From Candidatus Omnitrophota bacterium (GTDB lineage Bacteria > Omnitrophota > Gorgyraeia > 2-01-FULL-45-10), in NCBI GenBank assembly GCA_028699255.1, contig JAQVUX010000004.1:24668-88667 (forward strand): a stretch of DNA of 64,000 bases, in the 5' to 3' direction. The notes under the pieces were generated by a model that saw only the letters and a list, made by a program, of their open reading frames with translations, ran no database searches and had not been told where the DNA came from. Below, one piece after another: positions 1 through 9,101 of the stretch. Positions within the stretch are counted from its first letter, which is position 1. Every line of letters begins with the position of its first letter. The translations under genes were made by a program, and so were the position numbers.

Positions 1-1098
1 GAATTTGAAAAGATTTACAGGGCCGGTCATCCGGAAATGATAAAAGTAAAAGAAGAGATGTCCGATATACTTGATCGCATTGAGCGCGAGAAGAAGTCGG
101 TATATGACTACAACGATATAGAGGCATACTTGCGCCGCGGATCTCAGCATGAGCTATCCGGATTCAAGGCCAATAATATCAGCATTCAAGATGCGGCGGA
201 AAAACCGATTACACCGGTAAGGCCAAGGAAGATGCTGAATATAGTTATATCAATTATTATTGGTCTGTTCGGAGGAGTGGGATTAGCATTTTTTCTTGAA
301 TACCTGGATGATAATGCTAAGACTATCGACGATGTCGAGAAGGTGATGAAGTGGCCTTTTCTGGTAAACATACCGGATATTGGGATCGGCGGAGAATACC
401 CTAAGGATTTTGAAAAAGATCTTATGGTAAACTCAAAACCAAAAGATCCTATAGCGGAAATATACCGGTCTTTAAGGACTAAAATATTTTTTTCTTCGAC
501 GGAAGATCATCCACTGCGCAGTATGATGATAACCAGCCCAGGCCCGCAGGAGGGAAAGACGATTACACTATGCAATCTTGGCATTGCCATTTCTCAAAAC
601 AAAAAGAAGGTGCTTTTAGTTGACGCGGATATGCGTAAACCCCGTCTGCATAATGTTTTTAAAAAAGGAAACAATATTGGCCTTAGTAATTATTTATCAG
701 GACAATGCTCATTTGATGATGTTATACAGAAGACAGCCGTTGAGAATTTATATATGGTCAGCGGCGGTATAATCCCGCCCAATCCATCCGAACTGCTTAA
801 TAGTCACAAAGCAAAAGAATTTATCGCGAAAGCTAAAGAAAATTATGACATTGTTCTTTTGGATACTCCGCCGGTGGGCATAGTTACGGATGCTGTTATA
901 ATTTCAATGATTGTAGACGGTACGGTCATGGTTGTGCAGGGCGGAAGATCCTCCAAAAGATTTCTTGCGCATATATATGACCTTTTGATTGCCGCCAAGA
1001 CAAGAGTAGTGGGAACGGTTATTAACAGGGTCGCGGTAGCAGACGGGAATCCGTATTATTCTTATTATTATCAAGATGCTGTTGACAGGCAAAAATAA
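1..1098 (+). CDS. C-terminal part of a polysaccharide co-polymerase / BY-type tyrosine kinase (Wzc/EpsB-like). The 5' end lies upstream of the window.
   Basis: The frame is open from base 1. It has a TM helix (IVISIIIGLFGGVGLAFFL), a Walker A motif (TSPGPQEGKT), a Walker A'/DxD (LLVDADMRKP), a Walker B (IVLLDTPP) and a C-terminal tyrosine cluster (NPYYSYYYQD) typical of BY-kinases. Confidence 0.8.
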   Translation, partial: EFEKIYRAGHPEMIKVKEEMSDILDRIEREKKSVYDYNDIEAYLRRGSQHELSGFKANNISIQDAAEKPITPVRPRKMLNIVISIIIGLFGGVGLAFFLEYLDDNAKTIDDVEKVMKWPFLVNIPDIGIGGEYPKDFEKDLMVNSKPKDPIAEIYRSLRTKIFFSSTEDHPLRSMMITSPGPQEGKTITLCNLGIAISQNKKKVLLVDADMRKPRLHNVFKKGNNIGLSNYLSGQCSFDDVIQKTAVENLYMVSGGIIPPNPSELLNSHKAKEFIAKAKENYDIVLLDTPPVGIVTDAVIISMIVDGTVMVVQGGRSSKRFLAHIYDLLIAAKTRVVGTVINRVAVADGNPYYSYYYQDAVDRQK

Positions 1099-1179
1099 CA
1101 TACCCGCCGTAGTTTAATTTGATTTAACGCTTTCCATCGGGGAATTTTACCGGCAGTATAAAACAATAGGAGGAATGAA

Positions 1180-1359
1180 ATGGGGCTTTACAGCGAGAAG
1201 TGCGGTTTTGGAAAAAGGAAAAAGGGTGTAACACAGCAGAAGCTTATTAAAAGGAAGATGGTGCAGTTGATGGTTAAAAAGGCAAAAGCGGCCGGCAAGC
1301 CGGTTGACCGGCAGGCCATCAATAAAGAGGTATTTGACGCGGTTCGCAGGAAGAGATAA
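1180..1359 (+). CDS. Small lysine/arginine-rich hypothetical protein (59 aa). It is absent from the ORF track because it is under 60 aa.
   Basis: ATG at 1180 lies 7 nt after an AGGAGG RBS (1168-1173). It translates to MGLYSEKCGFGKRKKGVTQQKLIKRKMVQLMVKKAKAAGKPVDRQAINKEVFDAVRRKR and stops at 1357-1359. It overlaps the implausible minus-strand ORF 1147..1374. Confidence 0.35.
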   Translation: MGLYSEKCGFGKRKKGVTQQKLIKRKMVQLMVKKAKAAGKPVDRQAINKEVFDAVRRKR

Positions 1360-1388
1360 GAGCGAAAAGCTCACTATAAAGGAGTAAG

Positions 1389-1853
1389 ATGAAAAAGGTT
1401 TCGGATTTAGCTGAGCTCATGGTTCAGATACAACAACAGCTTGCATCATTAGAAAAGAAGATAGACATTGTAATAAACCGCCCCCAGGAGAGGCCTTTCG
1501 AGGGAAAGCGCAATTTTACTCCGCCGCAGAGATTCGATCCGGCTCAGCGCATCCTGCATAAAGCGGTCTGCGCGGATTGCAAGAAAGAGTGCGAAGTACC
1601 TTTCAGGCCCACCGGCGATCGTCCCGTATACTGCAAAGAATGTTTCTCAAAGCGCAAAGCGAGTGAGCCGTTCAAACAAGGCGGCGATCATAGGCACGCG
1701 GAACCGAGGCACGCAGATTCGAGACACACGGAATCAGGACGCGCGGAATCGAGACATTCGCCGAAAGCGCCTTATTACAAGCGTTACACCGGTGACCGTA
1801 AGGCCGGCACAGGCAAGAGGAAGTCTGCGGGTAAGCGTAAGAAGCGCGAGTAA
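1389..1853 (+). CDS. Hypothetical protein with an N-terminal coiled-coil, a CxxC...CxxC zinc ribbon and a basic C-terminal tail carrying in-frame pentapeptide repeats.
   Basis: RBS AAGGAG precedes the ATG. The zinc ribbon is CADCKKECEVPFRPTGDRPVYCKECF. It is followed by HAEPR-HADSR-HTESG-RAESR-HSPKA, encoded by 15-bp tandem repeats, and by a K/R-rich C-terminus. Confidence 0.6.
   Translation: MKKVSDLAELMVQIQQQLASLEKKIDIVINRPQERPFEGKRNFTPPQRFDPAQRILHKAVCADCKKECEVPFRPTGDRPVYCKECFSKRKASEPFKQGGDHRHAEPRHADSRHTESGRAESRHSPKAPYYKRYTGDRKAGTGKRKSAGKRKKRE
1695..1769 (+). repeat. Five tandem 15-bp repeats (consensus CACGCGGAATCGAGA), in frame inside the CDS 1389..1853.
   Basis: The units are cacgcggaaccgagg, cacgcagattcgaga, cacacggaatcagga, cgcgcggaatcgaga and cattcgccgaaagcg. 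They also generate the artefactual ORFs 1663..1863(+) and 1672..1890(-). Confidence 0.7.
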
Positions 1854-1884
1854 ATGGCGATAGCAGAAAAGGGGAGCTTCCGAC

Positions 1885-2595
1885 ATGCATAATTTTATCG
1901 GGGAATTTTTCGGTACGATGGTGCTGGTATTGCTCGGTAACGGCGTTGTCGCGAATGCGCTATTAAAAAAGAGTAAGGGTGAGAATAGCGGATGGATGGT
2001 GATAGCAAGCGGGTGGGGATTCGGTGTCGGCGTTGCGGTTTACATTGCCGGCTGGATCAGCGGCGCGCATCTTAATCCCGCTATTACACTCGGATTCTTT
2101 GTTATCGGCAAGATAGCTCCGAAAGAGATCCCTCATTATCTGGCCGGGCAGATACTCGGCGCTTTCATCGGAGCCGTTATCGTGTGGCTGGCATATCTTC
2201 CGCACTGGAAGGTTACAGAAGATTCCGACAAAAAACTTTCATGTTTCTGCACTATGCCGGCAATTCGTAACTACGGCGCGAACCTCTTATGTGAGATAAT
2301 CGGTACGGCGATGCTTCTGATGGGAGTGCTCGGAATATTCAATGTCCATAATTCCATTGGTAGCGGTATCGGACCCTATCTTGTAGGTATACTCGTTTTC
2401 AGTATAGGGCTTTCTCTCGGCGGGCCGACCGGCTACGCCATAAATCCGGCGCGGGATCTTATGCCGCGTATAGCGCATGCAGTTCTTCCTATCCCCGGCA
2501 AGCGCGACCCCGATTGGGCTTACGCGTGGGTACCTGTTGTCGGGCCGCTCATCGGCAGTATTATCGGCGCGGGGTTGTATCATATAATTTTTTAA
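1885..2595 (+). CDS. glpF: Aquaglyceroporin / glycerol uptake facilitator (MIP family)
   Basis: Two NPA motifs (SGAHLNPAITLG and YAINPARDL) and six predicted TM helices. The length is typical of GlpF/AqpZ. Confidence 0.85.
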   Translation: MHNFIGEFFGTMVLVLLGNGVVANALLKKSKGENSGWMVIASGWGFGVGVAVYIAGWISGAHLNPAITLGFFVIGKIAPKEIPHYLAGQILGAFIGAVIVWLAYLPHWKVTEDSDKKLSCFCTMPAIRNYGANLLCEIIGTAMLLMGVLGIFNVHNSIGSGIGPYLVGILVFSIGLSLGGPTGYAINPARDLMPRIAHAVLPIPGKRDPDWAYAWVPVVGPLIGSIIGAGLYHIIF

Positions 2596-2643
2596 GACAT
2601 CCCAAAGATTGACAGAAGAATACTTATAAGGTAATCTATACGT

Positions 2644-3618
2644 ATGTACGACGCATTTTTATACCACCCAGACAAAGGTATCAAGACCGGAGTTTCTACT
2701 CAGGAGATCGTCGATGCCCTTAAAGATGAGCGCTCGCTCATATGGCTCGATATGCTTGATATGGATGATTCCGACATCGATTTTCTCACGTCGGTATTTA
2801 ATCTGCATCCGCTTACCATAGAAGATTTTATAATGCCGAATGCCCGCCCCAAGATCGAAAAATTCAAAGACTATTTTTTCCTAATCATGTTCTCGCTGGA
2901 ATCGATAGGCGTGAACGGCGCGGAAAAAGTAAAGACCGCGGAACTGGATTGCTGTCTCGGGAAAAACTTCCTGATCACTTTCCATAATTGCCCTTTAAGC
3001 TCCGTAGAGGTTTGTAAAGAGAGGAGCAAAAAGGATTCGCCCATGATGATGCATGGGGCGGATATGTTACTTTATTCCATACTCGATTCATGCGTTGAGA
3101 GTTATTTTCCTATAATACAGAAGTTCGATAACTTCGTGGACGAGATGAGTGATGAATTATTTAAGGAGCCGAACCAGGAAACTTTAAGAAAGATATACCA
3201 TCTTAAAAACGAGATAATGTACTTACGGCGCACTATAGGCCCACAGGCCGATATTATATCGTCAGTCGCGCGAGGTGATTTCGAGCTCATATCCCCGGCG
3301 AATATTATCTATTTCAGGAATATATACGACAATCTTGTGAGGCTCAATGATATCATCGGTACTTCCCGCGACGTTATCACAGGCGCCATGGAAGCTTATA
3401 CATCGATCGTATCGAACCGCCTGAATGAAGTAATGAAGACTCTTACGATAATAGCCACTATAATGATGCCGCTCACTCTCGTAGCCAGTATTTACGGAAT
3501 GAATTTTAAACATATGCCGGAATTGAACAGCAAATTCGGATATCCGGCCGTGCTCGCCATAATGATAACCATAACTACCATGATGCTATTCTTTTTCAAG
3601 CGTAAGAAATGGATCTAA
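2644..3618 (+). CDS. corA: Magnesium/cobalt transporter CorA
   Basis: A C-terminal two-TM region carries the GMN signature (IYGMNFKHMPEL). The length and the acidic N-terminal domain are typical of CorA. Confidence 0.85.
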   Translation: MYDAFLYHPDKGIKTGVSTQEIVDALKDERSLIWLDMLDMDDSDIDFLTSVFNLHPLTIEDFIMPNARPKIEKFKDYFFLIMFSLESIGVNGAEKVKTAELDCCLGKNFLITFHNCPLSSVEVCKERSKKDSPMMMHGADMLLYSILDSCVESYFPIIQKFDNFVDEMSDELFKEPNQETLRKIYHLKNEIMYLRRTIGPQADIISSVARGDFELISPANIIYFRNIYDNLVRLNDIIGTSRDVITGAMEAYTSIVSNRLNEVMKTLTIIATIMMPLTLVASIYGMNFKHMPELNSKFGYPAVLAIMITITTMMLFFFKRKKWI

Positions 3619-3640
3619 TATCGGGGAAGGGTAGAGCGTA

Positions 3641-3994
3641 ATGTTATTATACATAACATTGGGGCTTATAGCCGGTACGCTTTCCGGGATGTTCGGGATA
3701 GGCGGCGGGACGATACTCATCCCCGGACTCATATTCTTAGCCGGTCTTTCACAGCATGAAGCGCAGGGCACGACGCTTGCGATCATGCTACTGCCGATAG
3801 GGCTTCTTGCCGTCATGCGATATTACCATAGCGGCCACGTCCGACTGAATATTGCCGCGTTTATCTGCCTGGGGTTTCTTGTGGGCGGGCTGATCGGCGC
3901 CAATGTAGCCGAATGCGTGCCCAATCTTATCCTGCGGAAAGCATTCGGGGTCTTCCTTATGATAGTTGCCACTTATACCATCTTCGCGAAATGA
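3641..3994 (+). CDS. TSUP (TauE/SafE, DUF81) family membrane protein, half-size (4 TM)
   Basis: GMFGIGGGTILIPGL motif. It is only 117 aa, whereas full-length TSUP proteins are about 250 aa. Confidence 0.6.
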   Translation: MLLYITLGLIAGTLSGMFGIGGGTILIPGLIFLAGLSQHEAQGTTLAIMLLPIGLLAVMRYYHSGHVRLNIAAFICLGFLVGGLIGANVAECVPNLILRKAFGVFLMIVATYTIFAK

Positions 3995-3998
3995 AATC

Positions 3999-4409
3999 AT
4001 GAGATTTGGAACCAGTAGAGAGAAAGAAGAGGCCCTGAAGGCCAGGATGTCAGCGCTCGGCGTAGCGGAATCCGACATCGATGAGAAGTTCATACTCGCC
4101 GGAAAGAAGGGCGGGCAAAAAGTAAACAAAACCTCCGCGTGCGTATATTTAAAATATATTCCGATGGGTATAGAGGTAAAATGCCAGGAGGAGCGCTCCC
4201 AGAGCCTGAACCGGTTTTTGGCCAGGAGGATACTACTGCGAAAGATCGAAGCGGTGATCTTAGGCAAAGAGGCCGCTGAGGAGAAAAGGATAGAGAAACT
4301 GCGTCGCCAGAAGCGGAAGCGCTCCCGCAGGGCGAAGGAGAAGATGCTGGAATTCAAGCGCATGCGTTCCGAGAAGAAGGACATGAGAAATACTAAAAAA
4401 TACACTTGA
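3999..4409 (+). CDS. arfB: ArfB/YaeJ-like peptidyl-tRNA hydrolase (class I release-factor domain, GGQ motif) with a lysine/arginine-rich C-terminal tail
   Basis: GGQKVNKTSACVYLKY aligns with the ArfB GGQHVNKTSTAIHLRF motif. VKCQEERSQSLNRFLARRILLRKIE aligns with the ArfB [26 protein letters not shown]. The basic tail is consistent with the ArfB mRNA-channel probe. The start is chosen at ATG 3999, just after the TSUP stop. Confidence 0.7.
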   Translation: MRFGTSREKEEALKARMSALGVAESDIDEKFILAGKKGGQKVNKTSACVYLKYIPMGIEVKCQEERSQSLNRFLARRILLRKIEAVILGKEAAEEKRIEKLRRQKRKRSRRAKEKMLEFKRMRSEKKDMRNTKKYT

Positions 4410-4448
4410 CGTGATAACGAATAAGCGATATAATTTTCCATATATGGT

Positions 4449-4462
4449 GTAAACGTTTACAT
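4449..4462. promoter_or_regulatory. Perfect palindrome TGTAAACGTTTACA, a LacI/GalR-type operator upstream of the LacI-family regulator gene
   Basis: It is a 14-bp perfect inverted repeat matching the GalR/CcpA-like half-site TGTAAACG, located 16 bp upstream of the start at 4478. Confidence 0.55.
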
Positions 4463-4477
4463 TTTGGAGCAAACAAG

Positions 4478-5497
4478 ATGAAGCGAAGCAAGCTCTACCA
4501 GATAGTGAAATCCACCGGATATTCTGTCGCTACGGTTTCCAGGGCGCTCAATGAAGAGACTGCGGGCGTTGTGAGGGAAGCTACCCGGAAAAAGATATAT
4601 ACCGCCGCCGAAAAAATCGATTATATACCCAACAGGATGGCGAAATCGCTCAGGCGCCAGCGGACGGATACCTTCGGATTTCTCATTAATTTTGAGACGG
4701 ACACGATCAGTGGTTACGTTCACGAGATACTGAACGGTGTGATCGATGGCTTAAAAGGAAGTTCTCTAGACCTTAAGATCGTTTCATCCGCCCGTCATCA
4801 TACGCTTCAGGGAATAATAAAGATACATGGCCTCGACGGGCTTATATTGCCGTACGGATACGGGCATGAATTCCCGGACTTGGCGCGGGAGAGTGAACAA
4901 TATAAGAATAAGGCCTGGCCCGTCGTGATGATAAATGACTACCATCGTAAATTTTACATGAGCCAGTTATATAGCGATAACTATTCGGCTTCGCGGCATC
5001 TGGCCGAATATCTTATCGATAAAGGATATAGGCGTTTTTTCTTTATAGGGTGTGGATCGGATTCTCCGGATTCGAGCGCCAGGAAGAAGGGTTTTTTAGA
5101 TGCCATGAAAGAGCGGAAGCTACGTTTCGACGTCGAGAACGATATCGCAAACGGTTATTTTACGGAGCAGGGCGGATATGAGGCGGCTAATCGATTTTTG
5201 AGCCGTAAATCGTTAAAACACAGTGTGATATTTTGCCTGAATGACAGCATGGCGCTCGGCGCGATAAGAGCGATCGGCCAGGCGGGATTTAAATGCCCGG
5301 ACGAGATCGCTGTAACCGGTTTCGACGGTATAGCGGCCGGCGAATTTTCGAATCCGCCGCTTACAACGGTAAAGCTGGATCTGCATGAAATGGGCAGGTC
5401 CGCGGTCATTATGCTTAAAGACATACTGGCCGGCAGGCAGAAGCGGTTTGTGAAGAAAAAATTTCCTTTTAAACTGATAGAGCGGCAGTCGGCATAA
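4478..5497 (+). CDS. LacI-family transcriptional regulator
   Basis: N-terminal HTH (YQIVKSTGYSVATVSRALN) followed by a periplasmic-binding-protein-like sugar-binding domain. Confidence 0.85.
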   Translation: MKRSKLYQIVKSTGYSVATVSRALNEETAGVVREATRKKIYTAAEKIDYIPNRMAKSLRRQRTDTFGFLINFETDTISGYVHEILNGVIDGLKGSSLDLKIVSSARHHTLQGIIKIHGLDGLILPYGYGHEFPDLARESEQYKNKAWPVVMINDYHRKFYMSQLYSDNYSASRHLAEYLIDKGYRRFFFIGCGSDSPDSSARKKGFLDAMKERKLRFDVENDIANGYFTEQGGYEAANRFLSRKSLKHSVIFCLNDSMALGAIRAIGQAGFKCPDEIAVTGFDGIAAGEFSNPPLTTVKLDLHEMGRSAVIMLKDILAGRQKRFVKKKFPFKLIERQSA

Positions 5498-5528
5498 CTA
5501 CGGCGCCGGTTTCTTTTTTACATATTTA

Positions 5529-5542
5529 TGTAAACGATTACA
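5529..5542. promoter_or_regulatory. Second LacI-type operator, TGTAAACGATTACA, in the promoter of the giant secreted protein gene
   Basis: It differs from the palindrome at 4449 by 1 nt and closely matches the E. coli gal operator core GTGTAAACGATTCCAC. Confidence 0.5.
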
Positions 5543-5571
5543 CAAATGCTTGGCATAAAATGGAGGTTGTC

Positions 5572-8500
5572 ATGAATAGCAGAATAGGGATTTTTAGAGT
5601 ATGGATTTTTGTATCGGCAGTATTTGCCGGAGCGTTATTCACCGCACCTGCCTATGCCGCCAACCAGGTGCCCGGGATTGTTGCGATAACTCCGTCGTCC
5701 GGCTCGTCGTCCGCCGGCACGGCCGTTACGTTCCAGGTGAAATGCTCCGACGGTAACGGCGCGCAGGACATACGGTATGTTTATTTTTTGGTGAATATGA
5801 ATATCGCATATCCAAAATGTCTTTACGCATACTATGACCGCGTTACCAATAAGTTGTATATGATGAATGACGCCGGTACCGCATGGGTGGGTGGTGAGTT
5901 TTCCGGCTCTTCAAGCGTGATAGAAAATTCGTATGCCCGGCTTAACTGCGCGAAGACGGTTTCACTATCCTCCGGAACGATACTCACCATGCAATGGAAT
6001 GTTACATTCAAAAACGCGTTTGCGGGCCTGCGGAACACATATCTTTACGCAAAGGATAAGCAGGGCGCTGCCTGCGCCTGGATCAGAGCGGGCGCGTGGA
6101 TAATAAAGCCTGAGGCCGGCGCTCCTTATGGCAGTATCGTTATTAACAATGGGAATATGTATTCCAAATCGGCGTCGGTTACTCTCCAGCTTTCGGCAAG
6201 CGATAATCCGGGGGGCTCCGGTCTTTACCAGATGAAGTTTTCCAATGATAATGTGAACTGGACCGCACCGGAACCATATGCTGTTAAAAAGGGCTGGGAT
6301 CTTTCTTCAGGCGACGGCGTCAAGAAGGTGTATGTAAAATTTTCGGATAAGGCGGGTAACTGGTCGGCCGCGCGCACCGCCAGCATAACTCTCGATACGG
6401 TTCCTCCTAAAATCGTGATAACAGACCCTAACGGCGGAGCGGTGGTCAGCGTGCCGGCGCTTACGGCAAGTTACACGTCTGACGGCGCCGCGAAAACCAA
6501 AAGTCTTAATCTATCCGAGGGTCTGAATACGGTAACAGTGTCCGATGCGGACCAGGCCGGAAACGTTGCTGTGGCCTCCGTGCAGGTGACCCTGGCTTTG
6601 ACGCCTCCGGTTGCCGCTTTTACCGCGACGCCCGTAAAGGGGGAGGCGCCGCTTACGGTACAGTTTACGGATAGCTCTACCGGCAGTGTTACGGGATGGT
6701 TGTGGAGCTTCGGCGACAGCGCGACAAGCACAGAGCAAAGCCCGGCGCATACGTATTTAAGTAAGTATTTATGGGAAACAGAATATACGGGCGATGACCT
6801 CCCGGATAATTCTTCTCCGGCATGGACGAGGTATTCTACCTCTAATCCGGCGATAGAGGAGATCTCGGAAGGCGCTCTGCATATTAAGTCCAATCTTTAT
6901 CCGGATGGAGATTATGTATCGTATCAGCGGCCTGCGTCATTCAAAGCATCCAGGGCATATATAGTTGAAGCCAGATTTAGGATGGGGCATGATGACGGTT
7001 TCGGACACGGGACTACATGCCTATCCGTAACGGATGATAAATACTCATGGCGTCTTGATTTTTCGGAATACGATATTGGCATAGAATATTGCATCGATCG
7101 CAAGGCAACTTACCGGATGGATACGGTATCGGACTACCATACATATCGCGTGTATGTGAATAACGGTATTGTAGAAGTATTTGTTGACGGTGTGAAGAGG
7201 ATGCGGGCGGACATGACCTATACGGAGAAAGATGGCCCTTATGTGCCATCGATAAGATTTGGACAATTGTGGGGACAAGTGCAGTCAAGCCTCCAGGATT
7301 ACAGGTCTAATCCACTCATACCGAATATAGAGACGTATTGGGATTATGTCAGGTGCCACAGTTTTCCAAGCTCGATGGGGTATGAAAGTTACTACAATGT
7401 ATCGCTGGCGGCGTCAGGGCCGGGAGGGGTGAATACAAAAACAGTTTCGAGTTGTGTAGATGTATTGCCGCCTTATCCGGAAATATTTACAACGGGCCTG
7501 CCGGATGGTGTGGTGCATGATGTTTATTCCGAAAATATCCATCAGAATTATGCCGTACAGCCATTTACATGGTCGATCGTGAGCGGTTCCCTGCCGCCCG
7601 GCCTATCTTTTACCAACGGTTATTCTCCGCTTATAGAGGGGCGGCCGACACAGGCGGGGACGTACGGTTTTACATTGGGCCTGACAGATTACAAGGGGCG
7701 CTCGACAACTAAATATATAGAAATGAAAGTCGAACCATACCCTCAATGGACGGACAGGGAGCTCTTGACTGAGACCATGACACATGCGGCTCAGTACTTC
7801 TACTACAAGGCGCTTTCAAACGGTTTTGTGCAGGATGTCAATTATTCCGGCTCCTGCTCGAGTGTCGCGGCTACAGGTTTCGGGCTTGCGGCAATGTGTA
7901 TCCTGGACGAGTTTGCCGGATGTCCCGATAATCCGTATTGCAATATCCCGGCCGCCAATATACGCGCCAGAGTGAATCAGATACTCGATAACTGTATAAC
8001 ATACCAGGGAATGCAGACGGAATCCGGGAACAGCTACGGGATTGGCGGGTTTCTTTACCATCTTATCAATGCGGATGGTACGCGCGTCAGTGGAGAAGTC
8101 TCGACGGTGGATATGGCGATATTTATGGCCGGTGCGGTTACCGCGGGTGAGTATTTCGGCGGAGAAATCAAAGAGAAGGTTGAAACGATATATAATAATC
8201 TCAACTGGCGGTTTTTTCTCCTGACGAATCTTAAACGGTTCTCTCACGGGTGGTCTCCCAATAGCGGCATTATCATATACAACTGGGACAGGCCGGGCGA
8301 TGAAGCGCTTTTAGTATCGATAATGGCGCTTGGTAAAGAGCCGGACGCGCTCGATTTCTTAGAGACGATGTATAGCTGGCCGCGCGTTGAGCGCGAATAT
8401 GCCGGATATAAGGTTTACAATTCTTATTTCGGATCGTTATTCACATATTATCTCGCTCATTGTTTTGTGGATTTTCAAAAACTCGGGGCTGATAATCCTT

Positions 8501-9054
8501 CGACTGCCGGTTTTAATAGCGTCCCCGCGATCGACTGGTGGCAGAACTCTGTGAATGCCGCTTACGCGGCCAGACAATTCTGCATCGATCAGTCGGTAAA
8601 ATATCCGAACTCTTACGGCGCGGACAGCTGGGGATTGACACCGTGCTATAACCCTAATAACTACGCGGACTATTTCGGTACGCTTGGCGCTTCGCCCTGC
8701 GAGGCGAATAGCGGTGTGCCGGATTCCAGAGGGGTTATCGCGCCTTGCGGGGCTATAAGCTGTCTGCCGTTCATGAGGAATGCTTCCGATGAAGAATCTT
8801 CAGACGAGAATAATAACCTCGCTTTGAGCGCGCTTAAAAATTATTTCAGGACGTATTATGCGAAAGGCATTTGGGGTGATTATGGCCCGACGGACTCGTT
8901 CGGCAATAACGGCGCTGTTTTGCAGAATTATGTGGGCATAAATGTCGGGCCGGAGGCGCTTATGATATCTAATTATACCTCCGGGCTTATATGGAATAAT
9001 TTCATGAAAAGCTCACGCATGACGGCGGCATTGAATAAAATATTCGCAAAGTAA
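5572..9054 (+). CDS. Very large secreted multidomain protein: signal peptide, Ig-like/PKD domain(s), a concanavalin-like lectin/jelly-roll domain, and a C-terminal putative (alpha/alpha)6 glycoside-hydrolase-like domain
   Basis: Signal peptide MNSRIGIFRVWIFVSAVFAGALFTAPAYA. The PKD-like segment is PLTVQFTDSSTGSVTGWLWSFGDSATSTEQSPAHTY. The C-terminal 500 aa are Trp/Tyr/Gly-rich and resemble glucoamylase/DUF3131-like folds, but this is tentative. GGAGG RBS at 5561. The context is LacI-regulated. Confidence 0.6.
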   Translation: MNSRIGIFRVWIFVSAVFAGALFTAPAYAANQVPGIVAITPSSGSSSAGTAVTFQVKCSDGNGAQDIRYVYFLVNMNIAYPKCLYAYYDRVTNKLYMMNDAGTAWVGGEFSGSSSVIENSYARLNCAKTVSLSSGTILTMQWNVTFKNAFAGLRNTYLYAKDKQGAACAWIRAGAWIIKPEAGAPYGSIVINNGNMYSKSASVTLQLSASDNPGGSGLYQMKFSNDNVNWTAPEPYAVKKGWDLSSGDGVKKVYVKFSDKAGNWSAARTASITLDTVPPKIVITDPNGGAVVSVPALTASYTSDGAAKTKSLNLSEGLNTVTVSDADQAGNVAVASVQVTLALTPPVAAFTATPVKGEAPLTVQFTDSSTGSVTGWLWSFGDSATSTEQSPAHTYLSKYLWETEYTGDDLPDNSSPAWTRYSTSNPAIEEISEGALHIKSNLYPDGDYVSYQRPASFKASRAYIVEARFRMGHDDGFGHGTTCLSVTDDKYSWRLDFSEYDIGIEYCIDRKATYRMDTVSDYHTYRVYVNNGIVEVFVDGVKRMRADMTYTEKDGPYVPSIRFGQLWGQVQSSLQDYRSNPLIPNIETYWDYVRCHSFPSSMGYESYYNVSLAASGPGGVNTKTVSSCVDVLPPYPEIFTTGLPDGVVHDVYSENIHQNYAVQPFTWSIVSGSLPPGLSFTNGYSPLIEGRPTQAGTYGFTLGLTDYKGRSTTKYIEMKVEPYPQWTDRELLTETMTHAAQYFYYKALSNGFVQDVNYSGSCSSVAATGFGLAAMCILDEFAGCPDNPYCNIPAANIRARVNQILDNCITYQGMQTESGNSYGIGGFLYHLINADGTRVSGEVSTVDMAIFMAGAVTAGEYFGGEIKEKVETIYNNLNWRFFLLTNLKRFSHGWSPNSGIIIYNWDRPGDEALLVSIMALGKEPDALDFLETMYSWPRVEREYAGYKVYNSYFGSLFTYYLAHCFVDFQKLGADNPSTAGFNSVPAIDWWQNSVNAAYAARQFCIDQSVKYPNSYGADSWGLTPCYNPNNYADYFGTLGASPCEANSGVPDSRGVIAPCGAISCLPFMRNASDEESSDENNNLALSALKNYFRTYYAKGIWGDYGPTDSFGNNGAVLQNYVGINVGPEALMISNYTSGLIWNNFMKSSRMTAALNKIFAK

Positions 9055-9101
9055 TAATTAGTCGGACGCGGCGGAGGCTTTTTATGATATAATTATATTC
9101 A

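Noticed and set aside
1147-1374. 75-aa minus-strand ORF
   Set aside because: Low-complexity sequence with no RBS. It overlaps a plus-strand 59-aa ORF that has a perfect AGGAGG RBS, in a locus where every other gene is on the plus strand.
1663-1890. ORFs 1663..1863(+) and 1672..1890(-) overlapping the 3' part of CDS 1389..1853
   Set aside because: They are by-products of the 15-bp tandem repeats, which are open in several frames, and are not independent genes.
3788-4441. 217-aa minus-strand ORF
   Set aside because: It lies antisense to the TSUP and ArfB-like genes. It is Ser/Phe-rich and low-complexity, with no motif. The ArfB-like reading, with its GGQ motif, is far better supported.
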